From Eledone cirrhosa (Eukaryota), in the NCBI GenBank assembly GCA_964016885.1, contig OZ024744.1, positions 62,000,001-62,064,000 on the forward strand: a stretch of 64,000 nucleotides of DNA, read 5' to 3'. Numbering within the stretch: position 1 is the first letter of the stretch; each line of letters starts with the position of its first letter. A program made the translations under genes and the position numbers. Shown here in pieces: positions 27,618 through 41,249 of the stretch. The notes under the pieces are model-generated. The model saw only the letters and a list, made by a program, of their open reading frames with translations, was not told where the DNA came from and made no database searches.

Positions 27618-27820
27618 TATGCATATATATATATACATATATATATGCATATATATATATACATATATATGCATATATATATATACATATATATACATAT
27701 ATATGTGTATATATGTGTATATATGTGTATACATATATATACATATATATGTGTATATATGTGTATACATATATATATAAGTATACACATATATATATGT
27801 ATACATATATATATAAGTAT

Positions 27821-27859
<39 letters not shown>

Positions 27860-27862
<3 letters not shown>

Positions 27863-30800
27863 AAAAAATAAAAGCAAAAACAAAAACCATAACCTACATA
27901 AAAATAACCACTACCACAGTCACCAACAGTCTCCTAAACAGGAAAGTTCTCCCTCTTTTTTAGCCATAATGAATCTGGCAAAAGAACTGGAAAAAAACAT
28001 TTGAGCTATCACCCAGCACCACCCTCCACTATCACCCCACTGCACAAACTCCCATTGCTGCCATTAACAAACAAACAAATTAACAACACACCAAAACAAT
28101 TATAACCATCCACTCTCGCCTCAACATTTTTGCTTAATGCCCAACGCATCAGCCCTTCCACCAATACTAAAAAATGGAAGATCAAATTCCTGGAGGACTG
28201 GGTTGATGTCCATCCAAACCACATCCCTTTCTTCGTCCTCACTGAAACCCATCTCAGTAACCTCCACTTGGAAGCCGAGGTGAAAGTGAAAAATTTCAAA
28301 GCCATTCGTGCTGATCGCGCTGGCAGAAGAAAGGGTGGGACTGCCATTTATGTCCATAATTCTTTCTCAACAGAGGCTATGAACATATTTACTAATGGAT
28401 ACTGCGAAGCAGTCACTGTATTCAGTCAAACCAACAACCTAATAGTAGTTGGGCTCTATAGGCCACCCCAAACGCCTGTACCATGTTTCAAGGAATGCCT
28501 CAACAGCATAAAGTGTTTCATCCAAGAGTGTCACCCTGACAACATCTTAATGATGGGGGACTTCAACCTCCCCGGAGTTGACTGGTCCACAAACAGCCTG
28601 CCACCAGGTTCTTCTGCCTCAACCTCTGACAGGGAAGCAGTGGAATCGCTTCTTGACTTCATGGATGATTTCTTCCTGTCCCAACTGGTGCTCGAACCAA
28701 CGAGGTGCCACAAAAACGTCCTAGACTTAATTTTCAGCAATCACACTGACAATATCCACAATATTGCAGTGGAGAAAACTCTACTCTCTGATCATGACTT
28801 GGTTCTCTGTGATCTGAGATTCCACCATCCAATATACAAACCCAATGTCATCTCTCCTGTCCATCCGTTTGACGCTATGGATTTCCACAATGCAAACTGG
28901 GAAGCGATCAGTCATGATCTTGCACTTGTCGACTGGTCCTTCATGCACACTCATACACCCACTAACATCAAAAAGTCCTGGCAGACATTTGTGGACACTG
29001 TTACAAACATATGTGCTAAACACACCCCATTAAGAACTATAAACAAATCTAAGAGCAGAATCCCTAGAAATAGAAAAACGCTCATCAGGAAAATTAAGAG
29101 AACAAACAAAAAAATCAACAAGCTGAAATACTGTCAGCAGCAACACATCAACTTGACTGCCATTTCATCACTAGAGATTAAAAAACATAACCTCCAAAAC
29201 AACATAATGTCCCTCATCAACAATCAGAGAAGCGCTGAAGAGGCCTGGGCCATTGAGAAGATCAAACTCAATCCCAAAGTGTTCTTTTCATTTGCAAAAA
29301 AACACAAAATCACTGGCTCAACTGTTGGCCCTCTAATTGATGAAAATAGCACTCTTCAAGACAATGCTAAAACCATGGGTGAGATACTGCAGAAACAATA
29401 CTGCTCTGTTTTCAGCAATCCTGATATGGCCGATCTGGGCTGTATCGGCGATGTTTACTCCCCATTACACCTTATCGGACATAGCGTTTGGTGCCCCTGA
29501 TGTTTTAGCGGCAATAAAGGAAATCAAGCATAATTCAGCAGTAGGTCCCGATAGGTTCCCTGCTTGTGTCTTGAAGGCGTGTCAACACCAACTTGCATCT
29601 CCTCTTGCCAATCTGTGGCGGAACTCACTGGATGCTGGATATCTGCCAGAAAACCTCCTATCCCAGTCTGTTGTCCCAGTTTTCAAAAAAGGAAACAAAT
29701 CCCTTGCCGTGAATTACCGTCCAATCTCACTCACCTCTCATATCATTCAGGTATTTGAGAGAGTGGTGAGATCTCGAATGAGCCACTTCCTTGAGAGTAA
29801 CAATATGCTGAACTCCAACCAGCATGGATTCCGTAATGAAAGGGATTGCCTGACGCAGCTACTGCATCACTTTGATGACATTTTGAGAGCCTTGGGAGAG
29901 GGTTCCAACACTGATGTTATCTACCTTGATTTCAGCAAGGCCTTTGACAGGGTTGATCACAACATTCTACTGAGAAAGCTGTCCAATATTGGTGTCACTG
30001 GAAAGCTGCTGCAGTGGATCAAGAGCTTCCTGTCAAACAGAACCCAACATGTTGTAGTCGAAGGAGTCAAATCCAGCCAAGCCAAAGTCAGTAGTGGGGT
30101 CCCACAAGGCACTGTGTTGGGCCCACTTCTCTTCATCATCTATATTAATGACATCACTGACATCATCAAACACAGCAACATTAGAATTTTCGCTAATGAT
30201 TCCAAGCTCCAAAAGGTCATCAATGGCGTGGATGACCGGATAAGCCTTCAGTCAGACCTACTGGCTGTTACCCAATGGGCGGAAAAGAACATGTTACTGA
30301 ACGAAGACAAATTCGAACTGATCCACTTTGGAAACGAGGATGCTCTGAAACTCCCGTACTCCCTTCCCTCCGGTGAAACTCTCGTGGCATCTAACATCAG
30401 AGACTTGGGAGTAACCGTGGACAGCAACATAAGCTGGGCCACGCATATAAGCAGCAAAGTTGACATGGCCCTCAGAACCTTCCAGTCGAGAGATTCCCAC
30501 ACCATTATCCTTCTCTTTTCTACTTTTGCACGACCACACCTTGAATACTGTTGTCCACTGTGGTCTCCCCACACGAAACAAAGTATCATAAAACTTGAAG
30601 CTCCCCAAAGGGCAATTACAAAAAAGATAGATGGCATGTCAGACCTTGACTACTGGGGTCGACTAGAAAAGCTGAAACTTTACTCACTCCAACATCGCCG
30701 TGAGCGTTATATTATCTGCATGATGTGGAAAATGTTTCATCAGCACTGCCCAAATGATGTTGGCATCACCTTCAAAATACACCAAAGGCTTGGGCCCCGT

Positions 30801-31135
30801 GCTATCCGTCCCAAACAAAAATCTAAATCGCAACTCATAACAACAATATGGCACAATTATTTCACCTCAATTGGCCCTGCTCTCTTCAACATCACACCAG
30901 GACACGTCAAAACAGAAACTGACCACACAAAATTCAAGACGTCTTTGGACAAATTCCTCCAAGTAATCTCGGACAAACCACCCACACCCGGATATGTCTC
31001 CGCAAACAGTAATTCTCTTCTGGAATGGGCCATGGTGCCCAAATCCTGAATTGAAAGATTTCGCCAGGTGGTGCTATTAAGTTAGACATGGCCTGGGCCA
31101 ATACTGGCCAAAACGTTTCAAAGTTATTCAAAGTT
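27860..31135 (+). mobile_element. CR1/L2-group LINE; APE + RT split by a frameshift near 29455; catalytic FADD changed to FAND
   Basis: APE: LTETHL, GLYRPP, MGDFNLP, LDLIF, SDH. RT: YRPISLTS, QHGFR, YLDFSKAFD, GVPQGTVLGPLLF. 3' hairpins and ttcaaagtta x2 tail. Confidence 0.92.
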
Positions 31136-31240
31136 ATATATATATATATGTATACATATATATACATGTATATATATATGTATATATGTATACATATATA
31201 TACATGTATATATATATGTATATATGTATATATATATATG

Positions 31241-31272
<32 letters not shown>

Positions 31273-31911
31273 TATGTATATGTATATATGTATATGTATA
31301 TGTATATATATGTATATATGTATATATATATGTATATATGTATATATATGTATATATGTATATATATGTATATATGTATATATATGTATATATGTATATA
31401 TATATGTATATATGTATATATATATGTGTATATATATATATGTGTATATATATATATGTGTATATATGTATATATATATATGTATATATGTATATATATA
31501 TATGTATATATGTATATATATATATGTGTATATATGTATATATATATATGTGTATATATGTATATATATATATGTGTATATATGTATATATATATATGTG
31601 TATATATGTATATATATATATGTGTATATATGTATATATATATATGTGTATATATGTATATATATATATGTGTATATATGTATATATATATATGTGTATA
31701 TATGTATATATATATATGTGTATATATGTATATATATATATGTGTATATATGTATATATATATATGTGTATATATGTATATATATATATGTGTATATATG
31801 TATATATATATATGTGTATATATGTATATATATATATGTGTATATATGTATATATATATATGTGTATATATGTATATATATATATGTGTATATATGTATA
31901 TATATATAGAG

Positions 31912-33740
31912 GCATAACTATAGAGGCATTAAATTAATCGACCAGGTCATGAAGGTCACGGAAAGAGTAATAGCGCAACTAATCAGAGAGAGAATTGACC
32001 TAGATGAAATGCAGTTCGGGTTTGTGTCAGGCAAAAGTACCACAGACGCTCTTTTCATAGTACGACAACTACAGGAGAAGTACGTAGCTAAAGGTAAACC
32101 CCTCTACTTAGCTTTTGTCGACTTGGAGAAAGCCTTCGACAGAGTCCCCCGCTCCATTATCTGGTGGGCTCTTAGAAAACTAGGCGTTGACGAATGGCTT
32201 GTGAGGGCTATACAAGCCATGTATAAAGAAACAGTCAGCAAGGTTAGAATTAACAACGAATATAGTGAAGAGTTTAGCGTAAAAGTCGGCGTCCATCAGG
32301 GCTCTGTTCTCAGTCCACTACTATTTATTATTGCCCTTCAGGCTATAACAGAGGAGTTCAAGACAGGCTGCCCATGGGAACTCCTATACGCAGACGACCT
32401 GACACTCATAGCGGAATCAATGGCCGAGCTAGAGAAGAAATTCCAAACATGGAAGCACGGCCTAGAGTCAAAAGGACTTAAAATTAACCTGGCTAAGACC
32501 AAAGTACTAGTTTGTAGGAAAGAAAACAAGGCGGCGGTCCCTTCTGGGAAATGGTCGTGCTCGGTGTGTAGGAAAGGCGTAGGTAGAAACTCCATTTTAT
32601 GTCCTAAATGCAAAGTATGGGTGCATAAAAGATGTAGTGGGATCACAGGTAAGCTAACTAAGAACATAGATTTTACATGTGGCCGGTGCTCTGGTGCAAT
32701 AAGTAGCAGCAAGTGCCCACAAACTACTAGCTCTTTCAATTGCGCAGAGGGTTCTATAGAAATAGTGGACAGCTTCCGTTACCTGGGCGATAAAATCAGC
32801 AGTGGGGGAGGGTGCTCTGAAAGTACTGTAGCTAGAGTCAGAACTGGTTGGAAAAAGTTCAGAGAGCTTATACCACTATTAGCTGCTAAAGGGTTCTCAC
32901 TAAAAATGAAAGGCAGGTTGTACGATGCCTGCATACGAACAGCAATGCTGCATGGCAGTGAGACCTGGGCATTGTGTGCAGAGGATATACGCAGACTAGA
33001 GAGGAATGAAGCTTGCATGCTCCGCTGGATGTGTAACAGTAATATACGTGAACGGCAAAGCATAAACGAACTAAGGAATAAATTAGAGATAAGAGGGATC
33101 AGATGTTGTTTACTCGAGAGAAGGCTACGTTGGTATGGACACGTGATGCGCATGAAAGTCGATAGCTGTATAACAAAGTGCAGGGCAATAAAGATAGACG
33201 GTAGTCACGGAATAGGCAGACCTAGAAAAACCTGGGACGAGCTGATAAACTCCGACATCACACACTTACACCTCTCCAAGACAATGTCACTGGACCGAGA
33301 CCTTTGGCGGTACTCAGTAACAGAGAAGACCCGCCTTACCTAAATATATAGTAAAACCTACTCCAGCCAGTAGGCATCTCTAACAAAATACACCCCGTCC
33401 CACCACCCCCACCCCCACCCGATCCACACCACCCCGTTCTATGTAAAGTTATGTTGGTGCCGCGCCATCGAGGCCGAAACAAATGAGATCGTGTAGGTGT
33501 CACGACAAAAAACACACAGTCCACGCTGTAATGTGGCCGTGTAGGCAACACGGTAAAAACCTCCCAGACCCACACTGTAAATGTGGTTGGTGTTAGGAAG
33601 GGCATCCAACTGTAGAAAACCTGCCAGACAGTCCTATGCGAGCAAGACAATCACTCTTGCCTCAAGTGGGACTACCCCCGTCCAAACCCATGCAAGCGTG
33701 GAACACGGACGTTAAACGTTGATGATGATGATGATGATGA
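31912..33740 (+). mobile_element. RTE family B, 5'-truncated (RT + PHD-like finger + ~380-nt 3' UTR)
   Basis: ORF 31949-33343 with RT motifs and YADD; (atg)n tail. Confidence 0.93.
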
Positions 33741-34431
33741 TATATGTGTATATATGTATATATATATATGTGTATATATGTATATATATATATGTGTATA
33801 TATGTATATATATATATGTGTATATATGTATATATATATATGTGTATATATGTATATATATATATGTGTATATATGTATATATATATATGTGTATATATG
33901 TATATATATGTGTATATATGTATATATATGTGTATATATGTATATATATATATGTGTATATATGTATATATATATATGTGTATATGTATATATATTTATA
34001 TACGTATATGTATATATATGTATATATATTTATATATGTATATATATTTATATATGTATATGTATGTATATATATTTATATATGTATATGTATGTATGTA
34101 TACATATATATATATATATATGTATATATGTATACATATATATACATATATATGTGTATATATATATAGACAGCGAGAAGCGAAAACCAACCAAACAGTG
34201 AGTGTGTTCTGTTATTAATTCTGGCAATATTACGCAAATATGACCCTCCCCAAATATAACAATGTATATATATATATATCTATATATATGTATATATATG
34301 TATATATATGTATACATATATATGTGTATATATATATATATCTATACATATGTATATACATATATATATCTATATATGTATACATATATATATATATATA
34401 TACATATATATATGTATACATATATATATGT

Positions 34432-37333
34432 ATAGGCACCCTAAAGGGTCGCGCTAACGAGGTTGTAGAAATGCTTGAACGTAAAGAGGTCGATGTTTGT
34501 TGTATTCAAGAGACCAGGTGGAGGGGTGGGTCTGCTAGATTCATTGAGGGTAAAAAACGATGTTATAAGCTTTTCTGGGTGGGAAACGACGATGGGCTGG
34601 GTGGAGTAGGAATCATGGTAGCAGAAAAGTGGGCAGATAAGATAATAGACGTAAATAGAGTGAACGACAGAATAATTAAAATACGACTTGTCCTCAATAG
34701 AACTACGGTGACAGTAATATCTGCGTACGCACCCCAATCCGGACTGCCCGGCACTATAAAAGACAGATTCTATGAGACACTGATGCTAACTACCTCCCAA
34801 ATATCCGACAGTGACTATATAATTATTGCAGGCGACCTAAATGGTCACGTTGGACAACATTGTGACGGCTACGACGAAATCCATGGAGGCTATGGGTTTG
34901 GTACTAGAAATGAGGAAGGCTCCAGAATCCTGGAATTCTGTGATGCAAATAACCTAACTATCTGGGGGAAGTAGAGAAGACTATCAAGTGGCCAGGAGGG
35001 AAGCTAGGAGACAAGTGTACTTAGCAAGAAGGGAAGCTGAGGAAAGAAAGTTCATGCATGTTCTACAACGCGATGACCAAAAACGTGAGGTGTTCAGGAT
35101 TGCTAGGCAATGCGTCAAGGAAAACCGTGATATTGTCGGGGAGAAGTGTGTACTAAACGATGATGGCACACTTGCCATCACCGACGCTGATAAGAAGGTA
35201 GCTTGGAAGTGTCACTATGAAAGGCTACTAAATGAGGAGAATAAATGGGAGAAAGACAGTCTCCCCCATATTTACCCAATAGAGGGACCAGCAGTGTTAG
35301 TCGAGGGGAGTATAATAAGTAAGGCAATCAAGGATATGAAGACGGGTAAGGCGGCTGGGCCTTCGGAAATAGTTGCTGAAATGCTGAAGGCATCTGGCAC
35401 GGTGGGACACACCATGGTCACCCGCATAGTTAACCAAGTCGTACAGAATGGGGTTGTTCCGAAGGACTGGCATAGCAGCATCATCGTTAACTGTTATAAG
35501 GGTAAAGGAGACGCCCTAGATAGGAGTAACTATAGAGGCATTAAATTAATCGACCAGGTCATGAAGGTCACGGAAAAAGTAATAGCACAACTAATCAGAG
35601 AGAGAATTGACCTAGATGAAATGCAGTTCGGGTTTGTGTCAGGCAAAAGTACCACAGACGCTCTTTTCATCGTACGACAACTACAGGAGAAGTACCTAGC
35701 TAAAGGTAAACCCTTCTACTTAGCTTTTGTCGACTTGGAGAAAGCCTTCGACAGAGTCCCCCGCTCCATTATCTGGTGGGCTCTTAGAAAACTAGGTGTT
35801 GACGAATGGCTTGTGAGAGCTATACAAGCCATGTATAAAGAAACAGTGAGCAAGGTTAGAATTAACAACGAATATAGTGAAGAGTTTAGCGTAAAAGTTG
35901 GCGTCCATCAGGGCTCTGTTCTCAGCCCCCTACTATTTATTATTGCCCTTCAGGCTATAACAGAGGAGTTCAAGACCGGCTGCCCATGGGAACTCCTATA
36001 CGCAGACGACCTGACACTCACAGCGGAATCAATGGCCGAGCTAGAGAAGAAATTCCAAACATGGAAGCACGGCCTAGAATCAAAAGGCCTTAAAATTAAC
36101 CTGGCTAAGACTAAAGTTCTAGTTTGTAGGAAAGAAAATAAGGCGGCGGTCCCTTCTGGGAAATGGTCGTGCTCGGTGTGTAGGAAAGGCGTAGGTAGAA
36201 ACTCCATTTTATGTCCTAAATGCAAAGTATGGGTGCATAAAAGATGTAGTGGGATCACAGGTAAGCTAACTAAGAACATAGATTTTACATGTGGCCGGTG
36301 CTCTGGTGCAATAAGTAGCAGCAAGTGCCCACAAAATACTAGCTCTTTCAATTGCGCAGAGGGTTCTATAGAAATAGTGGACAGTTTCCGTTACCTGGGT
36401 GATAAAATCAGCAGTGGGGGAGGGTGCTCTGAAAGTACAGTAGCTAGAGTCAGAACTGGTTGGAAAAAGTTCAGAGAGCTTATACCACTATTAGCTGCTA
36501 AAGGGTTCTCCCTAAAAATGAAAGGCAGGTTGTACGATGCCTGCATACGAACAGCAATGTTGCATGGCAGTGAGACCTGGGCATTGTGTGCAGAGGATAT
36601 ATGCAGACTAGAGAGGAACGAAGCTTGCATGCTCCGCTGGATGTGTAACAGTAATATACGTGAACGGCAAAGCATAAACGAACTAAGGAAAAAATTAGAA
36701 ATAAGAGGGATCAGATGTTGTTTACTCGAGAGAAGGCTACGTTGGTATGGACACGTAATGCGCATGAAAGTCGATAGCTGTATAACAAAGTGCAGGGCAA
36801 TAAAGATAGACGGTAGCCACGGAATAGGCAGACCTAGAAAAACCTGGGACGAGCTGATAAACTCCGACCTCACACACTTACACCTCTCCAAGACAATGTC
36901 ACTGGACCGAGACATTTGGCGGTACTCAGTAACAGAGAAGACCCGCCTTACCTAAATACATAGTAAAACCTACTACAGCCAGTAGGCATCTCTAACAAAA
37001 TACCCCCCTCCCGTCCCCCCACCCCATCCACACCACCCCGTTCTATGTAAAGTTATGTTGGTGCCACACCATCCAGGCCGAAACAAATGAGATCGTGTAG
37101 GTGTCACGACAAAAAAACACACAGTCCACGCTGTAATGTGGCCGTGTAGGCAACACGGTAAAAACCTCCCGGACCCACACTGTAAATGTGGTTGGTGTTA
37201 GGAAGGGCATCCAACTGTAGAAAACCTGCCAGACAGTCCTATGCGAGCAAGAAAATCACTCTTGCCTCAAGTGGGACTACCCCCGTCCAAACCCATGCAA
37301 GCGTGGAACACGGACGTTAAACGTTGATGATGA
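34432..37333 (+). mobile_element. RTE family B with internal ~0.5-kb deletion and frameshift near 34963
   Basis: APE N-half (IGTLKGR...GDLNGH...NLTI) is joined directly to [16 protein letters not shown]; RT ORF 34988-36955. Confidence 0.93.
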
Positions 37334-38419
37334 TATATCTATATATATGTATATATATATGTATACATATATATACATATATATATGTATATATATATCT
37401 ATATATATGTATATATATATGTATACATATATATACATATATATATGTATATATATATGTATATGTATATATATATGTATACATATATATGTATTATGTA
37501 TACATATATATACATATATATATGTATATATATGTATATATATATGTATACATATATGTATACATATATGTATACATATATGTATATATATATGTATACA
37601 TATATGTATATATATGTATACATATATATATTTATACATATATGTATATATATATATGTATACGTATATGTATATATATATATATGTATATATATGTATA
37701 CATATATGTATATATATATATGTATACTTATATACATATATATATGTATACATACATATATATATATATGTATACATATATATATATGTATACATATATT
37801 TGTATGTATACATATATATGTATGTATGTATGTATATATATGTATACATATATATATGTATACATATATATGTATACATATATATATGTATACATATATA
37901 TATGTATACATATATATATATGTATACATATATATATGTATACATATATATATGTATACATATATATGTATATATATATATATGTATACATATATATGTA
38001 TATATATGTATATATATATGTATATATATATATGTATATATATATGTATATATATATATATGTATACATATATATGTATATATATGTATATATATATGTA
38101 TATATATATATGTATACATATATATGTATATATATGTATGTATATATATGTATATATATATGTGTGTATATATATATATGTATATATATATATGTATACA
38201 TATATATGTATATATATGTATATATGTATATATATATATGTATACATATATATGTATATATATGTATATATGTATATATGTATATATATATATGTATATA
38301 TGTATACATATATATGTATATATAGGTATACATATATATATGTATATATATATATGTATACATACATGTATATATATGTATACTTATATATATATATGTA
38401 TACTTATATATATATATAC

Positions 38420-39548
38420 GTCAGTCACCAACAGTCTTCTAAACAGGAAACTTCTTCCTCTTTTTTAGCCATAATGAATCTGGCAAAAGAACTGGAAAAA
38501 AACATTCGAGCTATCACCCAGCACCACCCTCCACTATCACCCCACTGCACAAACTCCCATTGCTGCCATTAACAAACAAACAAATTAACAACACACCAAA
38601 ACAATTAAAACCATCCACTCTCGCCTCTACATTTTTGCTTAACGCCCAAGGCATCAGCCCTTCCACCAATACTCAAAAATGGAAGATCAAATTCCTGGAG
38701 GACTGGATTGATGTCCATCCAAACCACATCCCTTTCTTCGTCCTCACTGAAACCCATCTCAGTAACCTCCACTTGGAAGCCGAGGTGAAAGTGAAAAATT
38801 TCAAAGCCATCCGTGCTGATCGCGCTGGCAGAAGAAAGGGCGGAACTGCCATTTATGTCCATAATTCTTTCTCAACAGAGGCTATGAACATATTCACTAA
38901 TGGATACTGTGAAGCAGTCACTGTATTCAGTCAAACCAACAACCTATTAGTAGTTGGGCTCTATAGGCCACCCCAAACGCCTGTACCATGCTTCAAGGAA
39001 TGCCTCAACAGCATAAAGTGTTTCATCCAAGAGTGTCACCCTGACAACATCTTAATGATGGGGGATTTCAACCTCCCCGGAGTTGACTGGTCCACAAACA
39101 GCCTGCCACCAGGTTCTTCTGCCTCAACCTCTGACAGGGAAGCTGTGGAATCGCTTCTTGACTTCATGGATGATTTCTTCCTATCCCAACTGGTGCTCGA
39201 ACCAACGAGGTGCCACAAAAACGTCCTAGACTTAATTTTCAGCAATCACACTGACAATATCCACAATATTGCAGTGGAGAAAACTCTACTCTCTGATCAT
39301 GACATGGTTCTCTGTGATCTGAGATTCCACCGTCCAATATACAAACCCAATGTCATCTCTCCTGTCCATCTGTTTGACGCTATGGATTTCCACAATGCAA
39401 ACTGGGAAGCGATCAGTCATGATCTTGCACATGTCGACTGGTCCTTCACGCACACTCATACACCCACTAACATCAAAAAGTCCTGGCAGACATTTGTGGA
39501 CACTGTTACAAACATATGTGCTAAACACACCCCATTAAGAAATATAAA
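38420..39548 (+). mobile_element. Second copy of the CR1/L2-group LINE (APE only, 3' part missing)
   Basis: Near-identical to 27917-29045; stops at the start of the tandem array. Confidence 0.92.
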
Positions 39549-39603
39549 CTATAATAAGCGTCTGCTAAACTGATGCGTGCATATATGTATGTGTACCTGC
39601 ATG

Positions 39604-39640
<37 letters not shown>

Positions 39641-39881
39641 GCTACTGTACGTCTGTATACATATATGTATGTACGTATACATACATACTTACATTTAAGT
39701 AAGTGCCATACTAAGAGTGAGAAATGGAATTTCGTTTTTCGTTTTCATTTTTTTTCAACTTATCGTTTTCGGTATGCCTGACCGATTTAACTCACTCAAT
39801 ATGCAAATTAGGCTGCTCAGCCGTTAATTTTCATAAGGAAAGTATATACTTTCGAACGTTCAACTATCTGGCAGATGGGTA

Positions 39882-39926
39882 AATGGTGCTGATGATAGCT
39901 AACAAGCTTGAAACTAGTACATCGTT
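39882..39926 (+). ncRNA. Minimal type I hammerhead ribozyme, family A copy 1
   Basis: aatggtg CTGATGA t agct-aaca-agct t GAAA ctag TA catcgtt; 7-bp stem I, 4-bp stem II, palindromic stem III. Confidence 0.82.
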
Positions 39927-40080
39927 CCTGTGTCAGTGTTGAACAAAAAGGTGACGTGGTTGCCTTAACACCGTATGGCATAAATTCAGGCTGTTCAGTT
40001 TGTTGACAAACGAACAAAGCGAGCGCTATAATAAGCGTCTGCTAAACTGATGCGTGCATATATGTATGTGTACCTGCATG

Positions 40081-40115
<35 letters not shown>

Positions 40116-40356
40116 GCTACTGTACGTCTGTATACATATATGTATGTACGTATACATACATACTTACATTTAAGTAAGTGCCATACTAAGAGTGAGAAAT
40201 GAAATTTCGTTTTTCGTTTTCATTTTTTTTCAACTTATCGTTTTCGGTATGCCTGACCGATTTAACTCACTCAATATGCAAATTAGGCTGCTCAGCCGTT
40301 AATTTTCATAAGGAAAGTATATACTTTCGAACGTTCAACTATCTGGCAGATGGGTA

Positions 40357-40401
40357 AACGGTGCTGATGATAGCTAACAAGCTTGAAACTAGTACATCGT
40401 T
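40357..40401 (+). ncRNA. Minimal type I hammerhead ribozyme, family A copy 2
   Basis: As copy 1, with aacggtg (C-G replacing U-G in stem I). Confidence 0.84.
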
Positions 40402-40821
40402 CCTGTGTCAGTGTTGAACAAAAAGGTGACGTGGTTGCTTTAACACTGTATGGCATAAATTCAGGCTGTTCAGTTTGTTGACAAACGAACAAAGCGAGCG
40501 CTATAATAAGCGTCTGCTAAACTGATGCGTGCATATATGTATGTGTACCTGCATGTATGTATATATATATATATATACATGCTACTGTACGTCTGTATAC
40601 ATATATGTATGTACGTATACATACATACTTACATTTAAGTAAGTGCCATACTAAGAGTGAGAAATGAAATTTCGTTTTTCGTTTTCATTTTTTTTCAACT
40701 TATCGTTTTCGGTATGCCTGACCGATTTAACTCACTCAATATGCAAATTAGGCTGCTCAGCCGTTAATTTTCATAAGGAAAGTATATACTTTCGAACGTT
40801 CAACTATCTGGCAGATGGGTA

Positions 40822-40866
40822 AACGGTGCTGATGATAGCTAACAAGCTTGAAACTAGTACATCGTT
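40822..40866 (+). ncRNA. Minimal type I hammerhead ribozyme, family A copy 3
   Basis: Identical to copy 2. Confidence 0.84.
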
Positions 40867-41116
40867 CCTGTGTCAGTGTTGAACAAAAAGGTGACGTGGT
40901 TGCCTTAACACCGTATGGCATAAATTCAGGCTGTTCAGTTTGTTGACAAACGAACAAAGCGAGCGCTATAATAAGCGTCTGCTAAACTGATGCGTGCATA
41001 TATGTATGTGTACCTGCATGTATGTATATATATATATATATATATATACATGCTACTGTACGTCTGTATACATATATGTATGTACGTATACATACATACT
41101 TACATTTATGTATACT

Positions 41117-41206
<90 letters not shown>

Positions 41207-41249
41207 CAGTATCATCTTCATGATGATATCATATATATATATACTTATT

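Larger units (their letters stand above)
39549..41108 (+). repeat. Hammerhead-containing tandem array, units 477/475/465 bp plus a partial unit (retrozyme-like family A)
   Basis: Units start at 39549, 40026, 40501, 40966 (ctataataagcgtctgctaaac); length differences are mostly in an internal (TA)n. Confidence 0.92.

Noticed and set aside
27860-39548. Segmental duplication explaining the paired CR1 and RTE-B copies
   Set aside because: The copies have different truncation points and scattered substitutions and share no unique flanks; independent insertions are simpler, though not proven
39817-40957. Repeated 66-aa minus-strand ORF in the tandem array
   Set aside because: Starts at TTG, has no recognisable motif and recurs only because the unit repeats; the opposite strand carries the hammerhead
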